From the human T2T-CHM13v2.0 reference genome, Homo sapiens, in NCBI RefSeq assembly GCF_009914755.1, contig NC_060942.1: 64,000 nucleotides of DNA. The stretch is one strand, 5' to 3'. The position numbers were made by a program, and so were the translations under genes. Positions 55,699 through 64,000 of the stretch are shown here, in pieces. Position 1 is the first letter of the stretch. Every line of letters starts with the position of its first letter. The notes under the pieces were generated by a model, which did not search any database, was not told where the DNA came from, and worked only from the letters and a program-made list of their open reading frames with translations.

Positions 55699-57654
55699 CC
55701 ATTCTAACCATTTTTAAGTGTCCAGTTCAGTGGTGTGAAGTGAGATGTGTTTTTGAGTAGGAAGTGGTTTATTTTGGCAAGGGTAATCCAGGGTTGGCTC
55801 TTTCAATGGCTAAAGGACTAAAATCCTCTCAGAGAAAAAAGTAAAAGGGCTGCTTACCAGGCAGTAAATCCTTAAACAAGTGTGCATTGCTTACAGTATT
55901 GGCTAAGGAGATGATAATTTGACTTGAATAATCTTGCAAAGTGAGATGAGATCCCCACTTCCCAGATAAGGAAGCTGAAGGTCTGATTAAGTGACCTGCT
56001 CCAGTTGCACAGGAGGTGGGGGCATATCCAGTACCAGAGCCCAGGTCTCTACATCCTTCCTCTAGGCCTCTTTTCTCTCCCCCTTGATGGCTGGCCTGCC
56101 CCCTAGACCGACTGTTTCTTGGTCTGTGTACAAAAGTACCTTCCGAGGAGAATGCAGGGTGCCAGAGGTTAGCGGCAGGGAACAGCAGTGTTTGGACTCC
56201 AAGCTACGGGAGCCACGCATTCTGTCCTCAGGGTATCACCACCCCATTCTAGACACCAATGAGGACAGGGCTTAGCATGTCGAGACGAGGGGTTTGAATT
56301 TCATGTTTGTGTGCGTTCCGTTTGTTGGGAGGCACTGTCCCTTCAGTGTTGTCATTCATAGTGACACCCTCTGCATGGTGCTGGTTGCCAGAGGCAACCT
56401 GGAGCCCTGGAGTCAGCATGTCACCGTTGGCACATGGTGCATGGGGAATCACAGAGAGAGTGAGCTGCCTGCTGGCTCAAATACCCTGAGTCATAAAAAG
56501 GTCTCAAGAATAGATCTTGGGTGTCCGGGGGATGCGTGGCTGTTCTGTAAGAGCTGAGATGACCTCGAAGCCTTGTGAGCACGGGCTCCTTGGGACCCCT
56601 TTGTGGAACCATGCAGCGGGACGTGAAGTCAGCCTTTCCTTGGAGCCTGACCCTCTCAGCTCCAAGCAGCCTCCCCATGGCAGTGTACTCAGGTCTGTCT
56701 GTCCAGTCATAGTGGGAACCCTGGCTTTGAAGGGGGTGCAGAGTCCACGTGGCCCAGATCTCTCCCTAGGGAAATAATCCCCTCCCTGCCTCCCACGGGG
56801 GTCTTGGCCTTTGGCCAAATAGTCCCAGGAGTGAGAGACCCACTTTTGGAAGGCAAGCATTTTTTATGTTGGGTGATAGCTATTATCTATCATCACCATC
56901 CTCTTCTCCGCCTCCACCTCTTCCTCCCACCCCCCAGACAGCCAGCACCACCCCGTGCCTTGCAGCGCTGAAGGCTCTGCCTAAATCACACATCCCAGGA
57001 GGTGGAGGCAGTGGGGAGGGCTGAGGGTGGGACCTGGGTCCCCCACCTGTCGGGCTTTGTGCCCTGGCATCACTGCTATTTAAGCAGCTTTCTCCCACAC
57101 GCAGACCCCATGCACCTGCCTGGAACCGAGGTCATCAGTTCCAGCTTGGTCCCCACAGCCACCAGGAATTGCAGGTGTTAAGAGAAGCCCAGAGAGAGTT
57201 AGGATTTCGTCCCAGCTTTGCCACTAACTGGTTGTAGGATCTCAGGCAAGTCACAGTACTTCTTAACAACTTCTTTTTTCCGGTTGCAAAATGACAGACT
57301 TAGACCAGATTTGATTTGTTTGTTTTTTAGCACAGTTGTGAGCATTTTCCATAGGTTGTGCTCTTTGCTGGATACCAAAATAAGAAGACAATCGAGGCAG
57401 GGGACTGAGCCACACACCATGGTTATAAGTTGGATGGGGTAAAAGCACAGCCACGGAGGCCGTGGGGTCACAAAGCCCCTTCCACAGCAGCAGCCTGGTG
57501 AGGGAGTTGGAAATGTCTGTGCCAAGGAAGGGGCACACCGGGTGGGAGGTGGGCACTACAAGCCCTGAGGCCTAAAAGTGTGTGAAGCCCCATGCCTTGT
57601 GGGAACGGAAGCGTCAGAGTCCAGCAGGAGAGAGGAAAGGCCGGGAGGCCACGT

Positions 57655-57760
57655 CAAGCTGGCTCTGTTGCCCAGACTGGAGTGCAGCAGTGTGATCACA
57701 GCTCACTGCAGCCTGGAACTCCTGGGCCCAAGCGATCCTCCTGCCTCAGCCTCCCGAGTA
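57655..57760 (-). mobile_element. Alu right-arm fragment
   Basis: gctctgttgcccagactggagtgcag...cctcagcctcccgagta. Confidence 0.85.
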
Positions 57761-58189
57761 TGAGAAAGGGTTTTTCTGAGGCAAGTGGCTGATCCGATTT
57801 GCCCCGTGGGGAAGCCGGCACTCTGGGAGTCCCAGCACAAACGGCAGACAGAGGGTCTGCAGGAGAGGAGCCCAATTCAAAGGAGCAGAAAATTGGATCG
57901 CCCAGATGTGTCCGGTGGGGAACACTGAAGGGCAAGGAGCCCCCTCAGGGTGTGGCCCATGTGCAACGACAGAGAATGCCAGGAAGGGTTCCTCCAGCCT
58001 TACCTCTTTGAAGACATTTGCTGAGCCCGCCCCACGCCTCCCCTCCCAGGGCTAAACATTGCCCCTGTCCCCGCTGTTTCCCATGCACATGTGGGCCCTC
58101 AGCCTGCTCTGGGCAGAGGGAGGGCCTTAGGGGCGTGGACACCCGTCCGAAGTTCCACCTTTGGTCCTCCATGAGGCAATTATCACGCC

Positions 58190-59850
58190 TGATCACACAC
58201 AAGTTTTTCTCAAATATAACGCTATAAAAATCCAAACAATTTGGTCACACAATTTGTCCAATTATATCCTGATAAAAAAAGGACAGATTCTTATTGAATC
58301 TTTGCAATTAATGCCAATTAAAGCAAAGAACCTCAAGAAAAATACTTACAAATCCTAAGAGATGAGTAAGATATTAAAGAATGTTTTGTTTCAGCTTGCA
58401 AAAGCATAGTCTATTAAGCTAAAGGTTAAAGACAGATCCAGAAGAAGGAGAAAGGCTTCATCATATACTGATCACAAAGAAAACACAAAAAATAACAGTG
58501 GCGAAGCTCAGATTTCCTTCATGCATCCACTCAATCCCACTTCCAAAGGCTCTCAAACCCGGCCTATTATCACTTCTTGAATATCACACTAAATACTACA
58601 AGACCACTTCTGTCATTTTAACAGAGACAAGACCCAATTCTAGTCTGGCATTAATGTAATATTTGGCAGCAAACGATTCATATGCTTTTATTTTTTCTTA
58701 CGAACAAACCCATTAAGTATGAACAAATTTTGCCCAAATTGTAACACATTTCATTGTTTTTTTTTTTCAGACTCATTATTTGCAGATATTTGGAATCAAG
58801 GAAAATAAGGTTTACTTTCTTTAAAACTTCCATAATTTTCTATTTTCATTCAAGTTGTATCTTTCACTACTCTCTTTCCCATTCTGGAGCAAACAAACAC
58901 TTCAGACAAAACGAATCTCTTTATCCTTGGTGAACAAAAGCACATCCCATTGAATGCACGATCATATTTCTTTGCCACTATTGCTCCTAGTGTAGTCTCA
59001 GTCACTAATGTTAGTTATAAATGTTAACCCAAGCCAATAACTTCCATTTGCAGGTAGAGCTGGGAGGTGGGGATAGAGACCCATCTGTTGTCACACAAGC
59101 CATTTTAGCAGACAGCGTCTCCCCGAAGGTGGGGGCCTCTGGAAGCAATTGCTGAGATGGAGCTAGGGGTGCAGACGGTTTTTAAGGCACAAAACTTGGG
59201 CAAAGGGAGAAGTCAAGGCACAATTCAGCCCAGAGAAAGCCTTGGCCGGCCCAGCGGGGGACACCCAGGCCAGAGCTGACAGTGAGAGGTCCTGGCTGGC
59301 TGGCTGGTGGGGCTCGGTCGCAGGTGTGGCCCAGGCCATGTGGGTCTCAGGTGAGGCGGCTCCGTGCTGCTGATGAGGGCGCCGGCAGCAAGTCCTTCCT
59401 CAAAGGGGCACCTGGCCCGGCACCTCCGTGTCCACCACAGCCAGAGAAGTTCACAAACACATAGAAGAAGACCCCTTGCAACACGTACAGCAAAGTGGCA
59501 AAGCTGAACATCTGTTAACACGGCCCAAAGGTGTAGCTACACTACAGCATATAAAAATAAGAAGAAATGAGTATTTAGAGATTGTTAATTCAGTCAACAT
59601 AAATCCAAGGTCTTAAGGTTATTAAGGACTTTGGAAATTATGTGTGAAATAACATACCACAGAACATAATTACTATTGGTATAACAAAGTTTGTTAGAAT
59701 TTTAATTCAATTTAGTTGAACACATTTTATTTACACTTCTCTAAATCTAAAAATTTATATGGAGGTACTATTAGTTTATTTGAACAGAAACATCAACATA
59801 GGAAGTTTAGAAAGATCAAGTTATCTGGACTATGCAAGACAAAACAAGTT
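58190..59850 (-). mobile_element. Decayed ERV1 (MER4-group) internal-like sequence
   Basis: AT-rich sequence resembling non-autonomous ERV internal regions. No intact ORF. Recognition by eye only. Confidence 0.35.
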
Positions 59851-59865
59851 TACATCTGGTCAAAT

Positions 59866-62800
59866 AAAATGGCCGATAGGAGGCAGGAGTAAATTGCAGC
59901 TCCCACCCGGACAGACAGCGCAGCGTGTGGAGACTCACACCGGTGAACTTTTGCTCCAAGAACTACCGCAGGAACCTACCAGGAAAGCGAGAGAATCCAC
60001 AGACCCTTTGAAAGAAGTGGATTGCTCCTGCAGGCCCCAGGAGACAGCCCCCAAACTGTGGGTACCCAAAGTGTGAAAGGGGGATCATCCACCCCTGAAC
60101 ACACACCCTCACTGGGGAGACTGAAGGTCCAGATTACAGGAGAAGGAATCGACCTTACCTGGAACTGAGATAATTTAGAGAGCCGTGCAAAATACAGGGG
60201 TTGAGGAAGCCGTAGGGAGAGCCCTGTGGGCTCCCTCGGTCCCCAGGGAAGCCATTTCTGACTTCATCTTCCAGAGGTCCTTAGGGAGGGCTGCCAGAGG
60301 AACTGGGGAAAGACCAAAGGAGAAGGAAACTTCCAGCTGAACTTTGTAACAATTTTAACCAAACGCGAAGTTTCCCGGACAGAACTCGGGCGACGGGTGA
60401 ATCGGAGCGCAGACACAGCACAGAAGCCGCGGCAGGCGGGGAAGCTTGAAACCTGAAAGCCCTGCTTGCTTTCTCAGCTGGGAGGCTGGTAGCCTGGGGC
60501 AGGTTCTCAGTCCTGTTCATCAGCTGCCTGGAAACAAACTCGGTGCTGTCCTGTGGGGGATGGGGGCGCCACAGTAGGAGTGAGACTGGCCTTTTGGGCT
60601 GTGTAGGAGCTGAGTGAGGCCTGTAACTGCCAGCTTCCCCTCACTTCCCTGGTGACCTGTGTGACACAGCGGAGGCATCCATAATCCTCATGGGAACAGA
60701 AGGCCATGGTCCTGAGAACCATCCCCCATCCCTCACAGCAGCCGCAGCAAACCCCGCCTAAGGAGAGTCTGAGTTCAGACACACCTAATCCTGCCCCCAC
60801 CTGATGGTCTTTCTCTATCTGCCCTGGTAGCTGAAGACAAAGGACATAATGTCTTGGGAGCTCTAGGGCCCTGCCCGCCACCTGATCCTCCCTATACTAC
60901 CACAGCAGATGGGCTCTTGAAAAATGCCACCTCCTGGCAGGAGGCCAACCAGCACAAAACTAGTGCAGTAAACAGACTACAACTAAGGATCCTCACAGAG
61001 TCCATTTCACTCCCCTGCCACCTCCACCACAGCAGGTGCTGCTATCCATGGTTGAGAGACCTGAAGATGGTTCACATCATAGGACTCTGTGCAGACACCC
61101 CCAGTACCAGCCTAGAGCCCGGTAGCTCCACTGGGAGGCTAGATCCAGAAGAGAAATAACAACCACTGCAATTCAGCTCTCAGAAAGCCACATCCCTAGG
61201 GGAAGGTGGAGAGCACTACATCAAGGGAGAACCCTATGGGACAAAAGAATCTGAATAGCAGCCCTTGAGCCCCAGATCTTCCCTCTTACATACTCTACCC
61301 AAATGAGAAGGAACCAGAAAAACAATTCTGGTAATATGACAAAACAAGGTTCTTTAACACCCTCAAAAGATCACACTAGCTCATCAGCAATGGATCCAAA
61401 CCAAGAAGAAATCCCTGAATTGCCAGAAAAAGAATTCAGAAGATCCATTATTAAGCTATCCAGGAGGCACCAGAGAAAGGTGAAGTCCAATTTAATGAAA
61501 TAAAGAAAAGATACAAGATATGAAGGAAAAAATCTTCAGTGAAATAGAAAGCATAAATAAAAATCAATCACAACTTCTGGAAATAAAGGACGCACTTAGA
61601 GAAATGCAAAATGCACTGGAAAGTCTCAGCAATAGAATCGAACAAGCAGAAGAAAGAACTTCTGAGCTCAAAGACAAGGTTTTTGAATTAACCCAATCCA
61701 ACAAAGACAAAGGAAAAAGAATTATAAAAAATGAACAAAGCCTCAAGGAAGTTTTGGCTTATGTTAAACAACAATTATACCTAAGAATAATTGGTGTTCC
61801 CAAGAAAGAAGAGAAATCTAAAAGTTTGGAAAACATATTTGAGGGAATAAACAAGAAAAACTTTCCCAGCTTTGCTAGAGATCTAGACATCCAAATACAA
61901 GAAGCCCAGATAACACCTGGGAAATTTACCGCAAACAAATCATTGCCTGGGCACATTGTCATCAGGTTATCTAAAGTCAAGATGAAGGAAAGAATCTTAA
62001 GGACTGTGAGGCAGAAGCACCAGGTAACCTAAAAAGGAAAACTTATCAGATTAACAGCAGATTTGTCAGCAGAAACACTACAAGCTAGAAGGGATTGGGG
62101 CCCTATCTTTAGCCTCCTTAAACAAAAGAATTATCACCCAAGAATGTTGTATTCAGTGAAACTAAGCTTCATAAATGAAAGAAAGATACAGTCTTTCTCA
62201 GACAAACAAATGCTGAGAGAATTTGCCACTACCAAGCCAGCACTACAAGAACTGCTAAAAGGAGCTCTAAATCTTAAATCCTCAAAATACACCAAAATAA
62301 CACCTCCTTAAAGCATAAATCTCACAGGACCTATAAAACAAAAACACAGTAAAAAACCAAAACAAAACAAGGTATTCAGGCAACTAATAGCACGATGAAT
62401 GGAATAATACCTCACATCTCAATATTAACATTGAATGTAAATGGCCTAAATGCTCCACTTAAAAGATACAGAATGGCAGAATGGATAAGAATTCTCCAAC
62501 CAGTTATCTGCTGTCCTCAAGAGACTCACCTAACACATAAGGACTCACAAAAATTTAAGGTAAAGGGATGGAAAAAGATATTCCATGCAAATGGACACCA
62601 AAAGTGAGCAGGAGTAGCTATTCTCGTATCAGACAAAACAAACTCTAAAGCAACAGCTGTTAAAAAAGACAAAGAGGGACATTATATAATGATAAAAGGA
62701 CTTGTCCAGCAGGAAAATATCACAATCCTAAATATATATGCACCTAACACTGGAGTTCCCAAATTTATAAAACAATTACTACTAGACCTAAGAAATGAGA

Positions 62801-64000
62801 TTGACAGCAACACAATAATAGTGGGGGACTTCAACATCCACTGACAGCACTAGACAGATCATCAAGACAGAAAGTCATTTATATCCTAAAACAAATGGAC
62901 TTAACAGATATTTACAGAACATTCTACCCAACAACTGCAGAATATACATTCTATTCATGAGCACATGGAAAATTCTCCAAGATAGACCATGATAAGCCAC
63001 AAAACAAGTCTCAATAAATTTAAGAAAATTGAAATCATATCAAGTACTCTCTTAGACCACAGTGGAATAAAATTGGAAGTCAATTCCAAAATGAATCCTC
63101 AGAACCATGCAAATACATGGAAATTAAATAACCTGCTCCCGAATGATCACTGGGTCAACAATGAAATCAAGATGGAAATTAAAAAATTATTTGAACTGAA
63201 CGATAATAGTGACACCACCTATCAAAACCTCTGGGACTCACGCCTGTAATCCCAGCACTTAGGGAGGCCGAGGCAGGTGGATCACGAGGTCAGTAGTTTA
63301 AGACCAGCCTGGCCAAAATGGTGAAACCCTGTCTCTACTAAAAATACAAAAAAATTAGCTGGGCATGGTGGCGGGCACCTGTAATCCCAGTTACTGGGGA
63401 GGCTGAGGCAGATAATTGCTTGAACCTGGGAGGCAGAGGTTGCAGTGAGTCGAGATCTCACCACTGATCTCCAGCCTGGGCGACAGAGCAGACTCTGTCT
63501 CAAACAAACAAACAAACAAACAAACAAACAAAAACACCAACCAAACAAAAAAACCTCTGGGATATGGCAAAGGCAGAATAAGAGGAAAGTTCATAGCCTT
63601 AAAAAATGCCAACATCAGAAAGTCTGAAAGAGCACAGACAATCGAAGGTCACACCTCAAGGAAGTAGAGAAACAAGAACAAACCAAACCCAAACCCAGCA
63701 CAAGAAAAGGAATAACACAGATCAGAGCAGAACTACATGAAATTGAAACACAAAAACAACACAAAAGATAAATGAAACAAAAAGCTGAAAAGTTCTTTGG
63801 AAAATAAAATTGATAGACTAAATTAGTGAGATTAACCAAGAAAAGAAAAGATCCAAATAAGCTCAATTAGAAACTAAATGGGAGATATTACAACCAATAC
63901 CACAGAAATGCAAAAGATTATTCAAGGCTACTATGAACACCTTTATGTGCATAAACTAGAAAACCTAGAGGACATAGATACATTTCTGGAAATATACATC
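59866..64000 (+). mobile_element. L1PB-like element: 5' UTR, disrupted ORF1 (~61303-62310), disrupted ORF2 from ~62395; runs off the window
   Basis: ORF1 pieces MRRNQKNNSG..., ...LRIIGVP...IVIRLSKV... and ...LQARRDWGPIF.... Endonuclease start HISILTLNVNGLNAPLKR...QETHL followed by a stop. Confidence 0.93.
63237..63549 (+). mobile_element. AluS inside L1 ORF2, (CAAA)n tail
   Basis: TSD aaaacctctggga (63224-63236 / 63550-63562). Confidence 0.95.

Noticed and set aside
57070-57090. TATA/MEF2-like ctatttaag next to GC-box-like sequence
   Set aside because: A single short imperfect motif with no associated exon or CpG island. Chance occurrence is likely.
61303-64000. Active L1
   Set aside because: ORF1 is split across frames, and ORF2 has an early stop and an Alu insertion.

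Overview
Primate (most likely human, chr18p11.21 by gene identity; a great ape cannot be excluded from sequence alone) genomic DNA, not microbial. Bases 1-19.8 kb hold the last five coding exons, stop codon and 3' UTR of CEP192 on the + strand. All five exons splice into one open frame ending ...IRLIGEALGKN*. The rest is intergenic and repeat-dense. It contains an orphan CpG island (~31.3-32.5 kb) bracketed by two CCAAT-rich solo LTRs (LTR12C-like, MER51-like), a processed MRTO4 pseudogene, a processed WDR89 pseudogene, about 20 Alus, several nested L1s and MaLR/ERV LTRs, and the 5' part of an L1PB-like element running off the right edge. I found no evidence for a new protein-coding system. 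The notable signals are retrotransposition fossils readable from target-site duplications (TSDs). (1) A 3-kb WDR89 retrocopy apparently records a long-3'-UTR isoform polyadenylated at a THE1 LTR signal. (2) A 1.7-kb polyadenylated orphan insert of unknown origin sits inside an L1 in a CEP192 intron. (3) A probable L1 3' transduction. (4) A templated inverted duplication spans an LTR/L1 junction. Repeat subfamily names are from recognition by eye and repeat boundaries are approximate unless a TSD is quoted.
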